A stretch of 64,000 nt of DNA from Auanema rhodensis (GCA_964057225.1 OZ059896.1:20088001-20152000), one strand, 5' to 3'. Counted from the first letter of the stretch, positions 1 to 12,300 are shown. Made by a program: numbers and translations. The notes: a model not told the origin generated them from the letters alone.

Positions 1-101
1 TCGACGCAGCTTAAAAATCCGCATCGAATGCACTAAACTACATTGAGAAACGCTTAATACAAAAATTAGTTATGATCGTTTGAAAAATGATGCATTAATG
101 T

Positions 102-129
102 ATGTTGAGTTTCCATGTACACTCAACAT
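102..129. repeat. Perfect 9-bp inverted repeat with 10-nt spacer, repeated in each monomer
   Basis: ATGTTGAGT (102-110) / TTCCATGTAC / ACTCAACAT (121-129). Confidence 0.95.
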
Positions 130-136
130 TGCTTCC

Positions 137-202
137 AAAAACATTTTGACAAAAATTTTTTCGAAAAATTTCAAAATAATTTAGCAAAAAGTAGATGTTT
201 TT
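137..202. repeat. AT-rich block of nested palindromes, repeated in each monomer
   Basis: TTTTTCGAAAAA (157-168) and AAAAATTTTT (151-160) are perfect palindromes. ATTTTGA (143-149) pairs with TCAAAAT (171-177), and AAAAACAT (137-144) with ATGTTTTT (195-202). Confidence 0.9.
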
Positions 203-279
203 AGATTCCATTTTTCAAGGCAAAGACGATGGACAGTGTTATTCAACGAAAAAATTAATTCTTCAGGGTGAAAATCGAG

Positions 280-301
280 GATATAAGTGTGAACTTATAT
301 C
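280..301. repeat. Perfect 9-bp inverted repeat with 4-nt GTGA loop, in most monomers
   Basis: GATATAAGT (280-288) / GTGA / ACTTATATC (293-301). Confidence 0.95.
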
Positions 302-311
302 AGTTGATATC

Positions 312-378
312 TCGGTGCATTTTTAAGCTAGCGCAAATCTGATAACACAGATCGACGCAGCTTAAAAATGCGCATCGA
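312..378. repeat. ~30-bp imperfect inverted repeat across each monomer junction, with a 6-nt central spacer
   Basis: GCATTTTTAAGCT (317-329) pairs with AGCTTAAAAATGC (359-371). Inner ATCTG (337-341) / ATAACA / CAGAT (348-352). Outer TCGGTGC / GCATCGA has one mismatch. Confidence 0.92.
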
Positions 379-3300
379 ATGCACTATACTACATTGAGAA
401 ACGCTTGATACAAAAATTAGTTATGATCGTTTGAAAAATGATGCATTAGTGTATGTTGAGTTTCCATGTACACTCAACATTGCTTCCAAAAACATTTTGA
501 CAAAAATTTTTTCGAAAAATTTCAAAATAATTTAGCAAAAAGTAGATGTTTTTAGATTCCATTTTTCAAGGCAAAGACGATGGACAATGTTATTCAACGA
601 AAAAATTAATTCTTCAGGGTGAAAATCGAGGATATAAGTGTGAACTTATATCAGTTGATATCTCGGTGCATTTTTAAGCTAGCGCAAATCTGATAACACA
701 GATCGACGCAGCTTAAAAATCCGCATCGAATGCACTATACTACATTGAGAAACGCTTAATACAAAAATTAGTTATGATCGTTTGAAAAATGATGCATTAG
801 TGTATGTTGAGTTTCCATGTACACTCAACATTGCTTCCAAAAACATTTTGACAAAAATTTTTTCGAAAAATTTCAAAATAATTTAGCAAAAAGTAGATGT
901 TTTTAGATTCCATTTTTCAAGGCAAAGACGATGGACAGTGTTATTCAACGAAAAAATTAATTCTTCAGGGTGAAAATCGAGGATATAAGTGTGAACTTAT
1001 ATGAGTTGATATCTCGGTGCATTTTTAAGCTAGCGCAAATCTGATAACACAGATCGACGCAGCTTAAAAATCCGCATCGAATGCACTATACTACATTGAA
1101 AAACGCTTGATACAAAAATTAGTTATGATCGTTTGAAAAATGATGCATTAGTGTATGTTGAGTTTCCATGTACACTCAACATTGCTTCCAAAAACATTTT
1201 GACAAAAATTTTTTCGAAAAATTTCAAAATAATTTAGCAAAAAGTAGATGTTTTTAGATTCCATTTTTCAAGGCAAAGACGATGGACAGTGTTATTCAAC
1301 GAAAAAATTAATTCTTCAGGGTGAAAATCGAGGATATAAGTGTGAACTTATATCAGTTGATATCTCGGTGCATTTTTAAGCTAGCGCAAATCTGATAACA
1401 CAGATCGACGCAGCTTAAAAATGCGCATCGAATGCACTATACTACATTGAGAAACGCTTGATACAAAAATTAGTTATGATCGTTTGAAAAATGATGCATT
1501 AGTGTATGTTGAGTTTCCATGTACACTCAACATTGCTTCCAAAAACATTTTGACAAAAATTTTTTCGAAAAATTTCAAAATAATTTAGCAAAAAGTAGAT
1601 GTTTTTAGATTCCATTTTTCAAGGCAAAGACGATGGACAGTGTTATTCAACGAAAAAATTAATTCTTCAGGGTGAAAATCGAGGATATAAGTGTGAACTT
1701 ATATCAGTTGATATCTCGGTGCATTTTTAAGCTAGCGCAAATCTGATAACACAGATCGACGCAGCTTAAAAATGCGCATCGAATGCACTATACTACATTG
1801 AGAAACGCTTGATACAAAAATTAGTTATGATCGTTTGAAAAATGATGCATTAATGTATGTTGAGTTTCCATGTACACTCAACATTGCTTCCAAAAACATT
1901 TTGACAAAACTTTTTTCGAAAAATTTCAAAATAATTTAGCAAAAAGTAGATGTTTTTAGATTCCATTTTTCAAGGCAAAGACGATGGACAATGTTATTCA
2001 ACGAAAAAATTAATTCTTCAGGGTGAAAATCGAGGATATAAGTGTGAACTTATATCAGTTGATATCTCGGTGCATTTTTAAGCTAGCGCAAATCTGATAA
2101 CACAGATCGACGCAGCTTAAAAATCCGCATCGAATGCACTAAACTACATTGAGAAACGCTTAATACAAAAATTAGTTATGATCGTTTGAAAAATGATGCA
2201 TTAATGTATGTTGAGTTTCCATGTACACTCAACATTGCTTCCAAAAACATTTTGACAAAAATTTTTTCGAAAAATTTCAAAATAATTTAGCAAAAAGTAG
2301 ATGTTTTTAGATTCCATTTTTCAAGGCAAAGACGATGGACAGTGTTATTCAACGAAAAAATTAATTCTTCAGGGTGAAAATCGAGGATATAAGTGTGAAC
2401 TTATATCAGTTGATATCTCGGTGCATTTTTAAGCTAGCGCAAATCTGATAACACAGATCGACGCAGCTTAAAAATGCGCATCGAATGCACTATACTACAT
2501 TGAGAAACGCTTGATACAAAAATTAGTTATGATCGTTTGAAAAATGATGCATTAGTGTATGTTGAGTTTCCATGTACACTCAACATTGCTTCCAAAAACA
2601 TTTTGACAAAAATTTTTTCGAAAAATTTCAAAATAATTTAGCAAAAAGTAGATGTTTTTAGATTCCATTTTTCAAGGCAAAGACGATGGACAATGTTATT
2701 CAACGAAAAAATTAATTCTTCAGGGTGAAAATCGAGGATATAAGTGTGAACTTATATCAGTTGATATCTCGGTGCATTTTTAAGCTAGCGCAAATCTGAT
2801 AACACAGATCGACGCAGCTTAAAAATCCGCATCGAATGCACTATACTACATTGAGAAACGCTTAATACAAAAATTAGTTATGATCGTTTGAAAAATGATG
2901 CATTAGTGTATGTTGAGTTTCCATGTACACTCAACATTGCTTCCAAAAACATTTTGACAAAAATTTTTTCGAAAAATTTCAAAATAATTTAGCAAAAAGT
3001 AGATGTTTTTAGATTCCATTTTTCAAGGCAAAGACGATGGACAGTGTTATTCAACGAAAAAATTAATTCTTCAGGGTGAAAATCGAGGATATAAGTGTGA
3101 ACTTATATGAGTTGATATCTCGGTGCATTTTTAAGCTAGCGCAAATCTGATAACACAGATCGACGCAGCTTAAAAATCCGCATCGAATGCACTATACTAC
3201 ATTGAAAAACGCTTGATACAAAAATTAGTTATGATCGTTTGAAAAATGATGCATTAGTGTATGTTGAGTTTCCATGTACACTCAACATTGCTTCCAAAAA

Positions 3301-6300
3301 CATTTTGACAAAAATTTTTTCGAAAAATTTCAAAATAATTTAGCAAAAAGTAGATGTTTTTAGATTCCATTTTTCAAGGCAAAGACGATGGACAGTGTTA
3401 TTCAACGAAAAAATTAATTCTTCAGGGTGAAAATCGAGGATATAAGTGTGAACTTATATCAGTTGATATCTCGGTGCATTTTTAAGCTAGCGCAAATCTG
3501 ATAACACAGATCGACGCAGCTTAAAAATGCGCATCGAATGCACTATACTACATTGAGAAACGCTTGATACAAAAATTAGTTATGATCGTTTGAAAAATGA
3601 TGCATTAGTGTATGTTGAGTTTCCATGTACACTCAACATTGCTTCCAAAAACATTTTGACAAAAATTTTTTCGAAAAATTTCAAAATAATTTAGCAAAAA
3701 GTAGATGTTTTTAGATTCCATTTTTCAAGGCAAAGACGATGGACAGTGTTATTCAACGAAAAAATTAATTCTTCAGGGTGAAAATCGAGGATATAAGTGT
3801 GAACTTATATCAGTTGATATCTCGGTGCATTTTTAAGCTAGCGCAAATCTGATAACACAGATCGACGCAGCTTAAAAATGCGCATCGAATGCACTATACT
3901 ACATTGAGAAACGCTTGATACAAAAATTAGTTATGATCGTTTGAAAAATGATGCATTAGTGTATGTTGAGTTTCCATGTACACTCAACATTGCTTCCAAA
4001 AACATTTTGACAAAAATTTTTTCGAAAAATTTCAAAATAATTTAGCAAAAAGTAGATGTTTTCAGATTCCATTTTTCAAGGCAAAGACGATGGACAATGT
4101 TATTCAACGAAAAAATTAATTCTTCAGGGTGAAAATCGAGGATATAAGTGTGAACTTATATCAGTTGATATCTCGGTGCATTTTTAAGCTAGCGCAAATC
4201 TGATAACACAGATCGACGCAGCTTAAAAATCCGCATCGAATGCACTATACTACATTGAGAAACGCTTAATACAAAAATTAGTTATGATCGTTTGAAAAAT
4301 GATGCATTAGTGTATGTTGAGTTTCCATGTACACTCAACATTGCTTCCAAAAACATTTTGACAAAAATTTTTTCGAAAAATTTCAAAATAATTTAGCAAA
4401 AAGTAGATGTTTTTAGATTCCATTTTTCAAGGCAAAGACGATGGACAGTGTTATTCAACGAAAAAATTAATTCTTCAGGGTGAAAATCGAGGATATAAGT
4501 GTGAACTTATATGAGTTGATATCTCGGTGCATTTTTAAGCTAGCGCAAATCTGATAACACAGATCGACGCAGCTTAAAAATCCGCATCGAATGCACTATA
4601 CTACATTGAAAAACGCTTGATACAAAAATTAGTTATGATCGTTTGAAAAATGATGCATTAATGTATGTTGAGTTTCCATGTACACTCAACATTGCTTCCA
4701 AAAACATTTTGACAAAAATTTTTTCGAAAAATTTCAAAATAATTTAGCAAAAAGTAGATGTTTTTAGATTCCATTTTTCAAGGCAAAGACGATGGACAGT
4801 GTTATTCAACGAAAAAATTAATTCTTCAGGGTGAAAATCGAGGATATAAGTGTGAACTTATATCAGTTGATATCTCGGTGCATTTTTAAGCTAGCGCAAA
4901 TCTGATAACACAGATCGACGCAGCTTAAAAATGCGCATCGAATGCACTATACTACATTGAGAAACGCTTGATACAAAAATTAGTTATGATCGTTTGAAAA
5001 ATGATGCATTAGTGTATGTTGAGTTTCCATGTACACTCAACATTGCTTCCAAAAACATTTTGACAAAAATTTTTTCGAAAAATTTCAAAATAATTTAGCA
5101 AAAAGTAGATGTTTTTAGATTCCATTTTTCAAGGCAAAGACGATGGACAATGTTATTCAACGAAAAAACTAATTCTTCAGGGTGAAAATCGAGGATATAA
5201 GTGTGAACTTATATCAGTTGATATCTCGGTGCATTTTTAAGCTAGCGCAAATCTGATAACACAGATAGACGCAGCTTAAAAATGCGCATCGAATGCACTA
5301 TACTACATTGAGAAACGCTTGATACAAAAATTAGTTATGATCGTTTGAAAAATGATGCATTAGTGTATGTTGAGTTTCCATGTACACTCAACATTGCTTC
5401 CAAAAACATTTTGACAAAAATTTTTTCGAAAAATTTCAAAATAATTTAGCAAAAAGTAGATGTTTTTAGATTCCATTTTTCAAGGCAAAGACGATGGACA
5501 GTGTTATTCAACGAAAAAATTAATTCTTCAGGGTGAAAATCGAGGATATAAGTGTGAACTTATATCAGTTGATATCTCGGTGCATTTTTAAGCTAGCGCA
5601 AATCTGATAACACAGATCGACGCAGCTTAAAAATCCGCATCGAATGCACTAAACTACATTGAGAAACGCTTAATACAAAAATTAGTTATGATCGTTTGAA
5701 AAATGATGCATTAATGTATGTTGAGTTTCCATGTACACTCAACATTGCTTCCAAAAACATTTTGACAAAAATTTTTTCGAAAAATTTCAAAATAATTTAG
5801 CAAAAAGTAGATGTTTTTAGATTCCATTTTTCAAGGCAAAGACGATGGACAATGTTATTCAACGAAAAAATTAATTCTTCAGGGTGAAAATCGAGGATAT
5901 AAGTGTGAACTTATATCAGTTGATATCTCGGTGCATTTTTAAGCTAGCGCAAATCTGATAACACAGATCGACGCAGCTTAAAAATCCGCATCGAATGCAC
6001 TAAACTACATTGAGAAACGCTTAATACAAAAATTAGTTATGATCGTTTGAAAAATGATGCATTAATGTATGTTGAGTTTCCATGTACACTCAACATTGCT
6101 TCCAAAAACATTTTGACAAAAATTTTTTCGAAAAATTTCAAAATAATTTAGCAAAAAGTAGATGTTTTTAGATTCCATTTTTCAAGGCAAAGACGATGGA
6201 CAGTGTTATTCAACGAAAAAATTAATTCTTCAGGGTGAAAATCGAGGATATAAGTGTGAACTTATATCAGTTGATATCTCGGTGCATTTTTAAGCTAGCG

Positions 6301-9300
6301 CAAATCTGATAACACAGATCGACGCAGCTTAAAAATCCGCATCGAATGCACTATACTACATTGAGAAACGCTTAATACAAAAATTAGTTATGATCGTTTG
6401 AAAAATGATGCATTAATGTATGTTGAGTTTCCATGTACACTCAACATTGCTTCCAAAAACATTTTGACAAAAATTTTTTCGAAAAATTTCAAAATAATTT
6501 AGCAAAAAGTAGATGTTTTTAGATTCCATTTTTCAAGGCAAAGACGATGGACAATGTTATTCAACGAAAAAATTAATTCTTCAGGGTGAAAATCGAGGAT
6601 ATAAGTGTGAACTTATATCAGTTGATATCTCGGTGCATTTTTAAGCTAGCGCAAATCTGATAACACAGATCGACGCAGCTTAAAAATCCGCATCGAATGC
6701 ACTAAACTACATTGAGAAACGCTTAATACAAAAATTAGTTATGATCGTTTGAAAAATGATGCATTAATGTATGTTGAGTTTCCATGTACACTCAACATTG
6801 CTTCCAAAAACATTTTGACAAAAATTTTTTCGAAAAATTTCAAAATAATTTAGCAAAAAGTAGATGTTTTTAGATTCCATTTTTCAAGGCAAAGACGATG
6901 GACAGTGTTATTCAACGAAAAAATTAATTCTTCAGGGTGAAAATCGAGGATATAAGTGTGAACTTATATCAGTTGATATCTCGGTGCATTTTTAAGCTAG
7001 CGCAAATCTGATAACACAGATCGACGCAACTTAAAAATGCGCATCGAATGCACTATACTACATTGAGAAACGCTTGATACAAAAATTAGTTATGATCGTT
7101 TGAAAAATGATGCATTAGTGTATGTTGAGTTTCCATGTACACTCAACATTGCTTCCAAAAACATTTTGACAAAAATTTTTTCGAAAAATTTCAAAATAAT
7201 TTAGCAAAAAGTAGATGTTTTTAGATTCCATTTTTCAAGGCAAAGACGATGGACAATGTTATTCAACGAAAAAATTAATTCTTCAGGGTGAAAATCGAGG
7301 ATATAAGTGTGAACTTATATCAGTTGATATCTCGGTGCATTTTTAAGCTAGCGCAAATCTGATAACACAGATCGACGCAGCTTAAAAATCCGCATCGAAT
7401 GCACTATACTACATTGAGAAACGCTTAATACAAAAATTAGTTATGATCGTTTGAAAAATGATGCATTAGTGTATGTTGAGTTTCCATGTACACTCAACAT
7501 TGCTTCCAAAAACATTTTGACAAAAATTTTTTCGAAAAATTTCAAAATAATTTAGCAAAAAGTAGATGTTTTTAGATTCCATTTTTCAAGGCAAAGACGA
7601 TGGACAGTGTTATTCAACGAAAAAATTAATTCTTCAGGGTGAAAATCGAGGATATAAGTGTGAACTTATATGAGTTGATATCTCGGTGCATTTTTAAGCT
7701 AGCGCAAATCTGATAACACAGATCGACGCAGCTTAAAAATGCGCATCGAATGCACTATACTACATTGAGAAACGCTTGATACAAAAATTAGTTATGATCG
7801 TTTGAAAAATGATGCATTAGTGTATGTTGAGTTTCCATGTACACTCAACATTGCTTCCAAAAACATTTTGACAAAAATTTTTTCGAAAAATTTCAAAATA
7901 ATTTAGCAAAAAGTAGATGTTTTTAGATTCCATTTTTCAAGGCAAAGACGATGGACAATGTTATTCAACGAAAAAACTAATTCTTCAGGGTGAAAATCGA
8001 GGATATAAGTGTGAACTTATATCAGTTGATATCTCGGTGCATTTTTAAGCTAGCGCAAATCTGATAACACAGATAGACGCAGCTTAAAAATGCGCATCGA
8101 ATGCACTATACTACATTGAGAAACGCTTGATACAAAAATTAGTTATGATCGTTTGAAAAATGATGCATTAGTGTATGTTGAGTTTCCATGTACACTCAAC
8201 ATTGCTTCCAAAAACATTTTGACAAAAATTTTTTCGAAAAATTTCAAAATAATTTAGCAAAAAGTAGATGTTTTTAGATTCCATTTTTCAAGGCAAAGAC
8301 GATGGACAGTGTTATTCAACGAAAAAATTAATTCTTCAGGGTGAAAATCGAGGATATAAGTGTGAACTTATATCAGTTGATATCTCGGTGCATTTTTAAG
8401 CTAGCGCAAATCTGATAACACAGATCGACGCAGCTTAAAAATCCGCATCGAATGCACTAAACTACATTGAGAAACGCTTAATACAAAAATTAGTTATGAT
8501 CGTTTGAAAAATGATGCATTAATGTATGTTGAGTTTCCATGTACACTCAACATTGCTTCCAAAAACATTTTGACAAAAATTTTTTCGAAAAATTTCAAAA
8601 TAATTTAGCAAAAAGTAGATGTTTTTAGATTCCATTTTTCAAGGCAAAGACGATGGACAATGTTATTCAACGAAAAAATTAATTCTTCAGGGTGAAAATC
8701 GAGGATATAAGTGTGAACTTATATCAGTTGATATCTCGGTGCATTTTTAAGCTAGCGCAAATCTGATAACACAGATCGACGCAGCTTAAAAATCCGCATC
8801 GAATGCACTAAACTACATTGAGAAACGCTTAATACAAAAATTAGTTATGATCGTTTGAAAAATGATGCATTAATGTATGTTGAGTTTCCATGTACACTCA
8901 ACATTGCTTCCAAAAACATTTTGACAAAAATTTTTTCGAAAAATTTCAAAATAATTTAGCAAAAAGTAGATGTTTTTAGATTCCATTTTTCAAGGCAAAG
9001 ACGATGGACAGTGTTATTCAACGAAAAAATTAATTCTTCAGGGTGAAAATCGAGGATATAAGTGTGAACTTATATCAGTTGATATCTCGGTGCATTTTTA
9101 AGCTAGCGCAAATCTGATAACACAGATCGACGCAACTTAAAAATGCGCATCGAATGCACTATACTACATTGAGAAACGCTTGATACAAAAATTAGTTATG
9201 ATCGTTTGAAAAATGATGCATTAGTGTATGTTGAGTTTCCATGTACACTCAACATTGCTTCCAAAAACATTTTGACAAAAATTTTTTCGAAAAATTTCAA

Positions 9301-12300
9301 AATAATTTAGCAAAAAGTAGATGTTTTTAGATTCCATTTTTCAAGGCAAAGACGATGGACAATGTTATTCAACGAAAAAATTAATTCTTCAGGGTGAAAA
9401 TCGAGGATATAAGTGTGAACTTATATCAGTTGATATCTCGGTGCATTTTTAAGCTAGCGCAAATCTGATAACACAGATCGACGCAGCTTAAAAATCCGCA
9501 TCGAATGCACTATACTACATTGAGAAACGCTTAATACAAAAATTAGTTATGATCGTTTGAAAAATGATGCATTAGTGTATGTTGAGTTTCCATGTACACT
9601 CAACATTGCTTCCAAAAACATTTTGACAAAAATTTTTTCGAAAAATTTCAAAATAATTTAGCAAAAAGTAGATGTTTTTAGATTCCATTTTTCAAGGCAA
9701 AGACGATGGACAGTGTTATTCAACGAAAAAATTAATTCTTCAGGGTGAAAATCGAGGATATAAGTGTGAACTTATATGAGTTGATATCTCGGTGCATTTT
9801 TAAGCTAGCGCAAATCTGATAACACAGATCGACGCAGCTTAAAAATCCGCATCGAATGCACTATACTACATTGAGAAACGCTTGATACAAAAATTAGTTA
9901 TGATCGTTTGAAAAATGATGCATTAGTGTATGTTGAGTTTCCATGTACACTCAACATTGCTTCCAAAAACATTTTGACAAAAATTTTTTCGAAAAATTTC
10001 AAAATAATTTAGCAAAAAGTAGATGTTTTTAGATTCCATTTTTCAAGGCAAAGACGATGGACAGTGTTATTCAACGAAAAAATTAATTCTTCAGGGTGAA
10101 AATCGAGGATATAAGTGTGAACTTATATGAGTTGATATCTCGGTGCATTTTTAAGCTAGCGCAAATCTGATAACACAGATCGACGCAGCTTAAAAATCCG
10201 CATCGAATGCACTATACTACATTGAAAAACGCTTGATACAAAAATTAGTTATGATCGTTTGAAAAATGATGCATTAGTGTATGTTGAGTTTCCATGTACA
10301 CTCAACATTGCTTCCAAAAACATTTTGACAAAAATTTTTTCGAAAAATTTCAAAATAATTTAGCAAAAAGTAGATGTTTTTAGATTCCATTTTTCAAGGC
10401 AAAGACGATGGACAGTGTTATTCAACGAAAAAATTAATTCTTCAGGGTGAAAATCGAGGATATAAGTGTGAACTTATATCAGTTGATATCTCGGTGCATT
10501 TTTAAGCTAGCGCAAATCTGATAACACAGATCGACGCAGCTTAAAAATCCGCATCGAATGCACTAAACTACATTGAGAAACGCTTAATACAAAAATTAGT
10601 TATGATCGTTTGAAAAATGATGCATTAATGTATGTTGAGTTTCCATGTACACTCAACATTGCTTCCAAAAACATTTTGACAAAAATTTTTTCGAAAAATT
10701 TCAAAATAATTTAGCAAAAAGTAGATGTTTTTAGATTCCATTTTTCAAGGCAAAGACGATGGACAATGTTATTCAACGAAAAAATTAATTCTTCAGGGTG
10801 AAAATCGAGGATATAAGTGTGAACTTATATCAGTTGATATCTCGGTGCATTTTTAAGCTAGCGCAAATCTGATAACACAGATCGACGCAGCTTAAAAATC
10901 CGCATCGAATGCACTAAACTACATTGAGAAACGCTTAATACAAAAATTAGTTATGATCGTTTGAAAAATGATGCATTAATGTATGTTGAGTTTCCATGTA
11001 CACTCAACATTGCTTCCAAAAACATTTTGACAAAAATTTTTTCGAAAAATTTCAAAATAATTTAGCAAAAAGTAGATGTTTTTAGATTTCATTTTTCAAG
11101 GCAAAGACGATGGACAGTGTTATTCAACGAAAAAATTAATTCTTCAGGGTGAAAATCGAGGATATAAGTGTGAACTTATATCAGTTGATATCTCGGTGCA
11201 TTTTTAAGCTAGCGCAAATCTGATAACACAGATCGACGCAGCTTAAAAATGCGCATCGAATGCACTATACTACATTGAGAAACGCTTGATACAAAAATTA
11301 GTTATGATCGTTTGAAAAATGATGCATTAGTGTATGTTGAGTTTCCATGTACACTCAACATTGCTTCCAAAAACATTTTGACAAAAATTTTTTCGAAAAA
11401 TTTCAAAATAATTTAGCAAAAAGTAGATGTTTTTAGATTCCATTTTTCAAGGCAAAGACGATGGACAATGTTATTCAACGAAAAAATTAATTCTTCAGGG
11501 TGAAAATCGAGGATATAAGTGTGAACTTATATCAGTTGATATCTCGGTGCATTTTTAAGCTAGCGCAAATCTGATAACACAGATCGACGCAGCTTAAAAA
11601 TCCGCATCGAATGCACTATACTACATTGAGAAACGCTTGATACAAAAATTGGTTATGATCGTTTGAAAAATGATGCATTAGTGTATGTTGAGTTTCCATG
11701 TACACTCAACATTGCTTCCAAAAACATTTTGACAAAAATTTTTTCGAAAAATTTCAAAATAATTTAGCAAAAAGTAGATGTTTTTAGATTCCATTTTTCA
11801 AGGCAAAGACGATGGACAGTGTTATTCAACGAAAAAATTAATTCTTCAGGGTGAAAATCGAGGATATAAGTGTGAACTTATATCAGTTGATATCTCGGTG
11901 CATTTTTAAGCTAGCGCAAATCTGATAACACAGATCGACGCAGCTTAAAAATCCGCATCGAATGCACTATACTACATTGAGAAACGCTTGATACAAAAGT
12001 TAGTTATGATCGTTTGAAAAATGATGCATTAGTGTATGTTGAGTTTCCATGTACACTCAACATTGCTTCCAAAAACATTTTGACAAAAATTTTTTCGAAA
12101 AATTTCAAAATAATTTAGCAAAAAGTAGATGTTTTTAGATTCCATTTTTCAAGGCAAAGACGATGGACAATGTTATTCAACAAAAAAATTAATTCTTCAG
12201 GGTGAAAATCGAGGATATAAGTGTGAACTTATATCAGTTGATATCTCGGTGCATTTTTAAGCTAGCGCAAATCTGATAACACAGATCGACGCAGCTTAAA

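Larger units (their letters stand above)
1..351. repeat. Representative monomer (arbitrary phase), ~69% AT, many A/T tracts, four TCGA sites
   Basis: Hand count gives 53 C + 57 G in 351 bp. TCGA at 1, 24, 161 and 275. A5-6 or T5-6 tracts at 13, 61, 83, 137, 151, 156, 164, 186, 198, 211, 249 and 320. Confidence 0.97.
1..11232. repeat. Variant domain A (M1-M32) with 6- and 8-monomer local duplications
   Basis: p98 A (CATTAATG) and p301 G (ATATGAG) are seen only here. M1-5 match M7-11 (offset 2106 bp). Confidence 0.85.

Noticed and set aside
81-90. GAAAAATGA motif of mouse major satellite
   Set aside because: It is a single 9-mer expected by chance in AT-rich DNA, and the monomer length and structure do not match.
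159-175. CENP-B box
   Set aside because: TTCG....A matches but the CGGG half is missing, so only 5-6 of 9 core bases are present.
213-266. Hammerhead ribozyme, as in newt, schistosome and cricket satellites (minus-strand CTGAAGA at 266-260, GAAA at 216-213)
   Set aside because: No stem II forms between the two motifs, and common variants (p264, p213) destroy them. The plus-strand CTGATAA (339-345) lacks the conserved G. An Infernal/Rfam scan would settle it.
280-324. Promoter (TATA-like TATAAG) or intrinsic terminator hairpin
   Set aside because: There is no gene context, the stem is AT-rich with no adjacent U-tract, and such motifs are expected by chance.
1-351. Repetitive protein-coding ORF (351 = 117 codons keeps frame)
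   Set aside because: There are stops in all frames. Plus strand: TAA 12-14, TGA 44-46, TAA/TGA 55-57. Minus strand: plus-strand TTA/CTA at 11, 33 and 70. The ATG-initiated frames I checked are only a few to 15 codons long.
1-702. 5S rDNA, tRNA or snRNA tandem gene array
   Set aside because: The unit size is compatible, but I recognise no 5S sequence, cloverleaf or Pol III A/B/C boxes, and the GC content is low. Not tested with covariance models.
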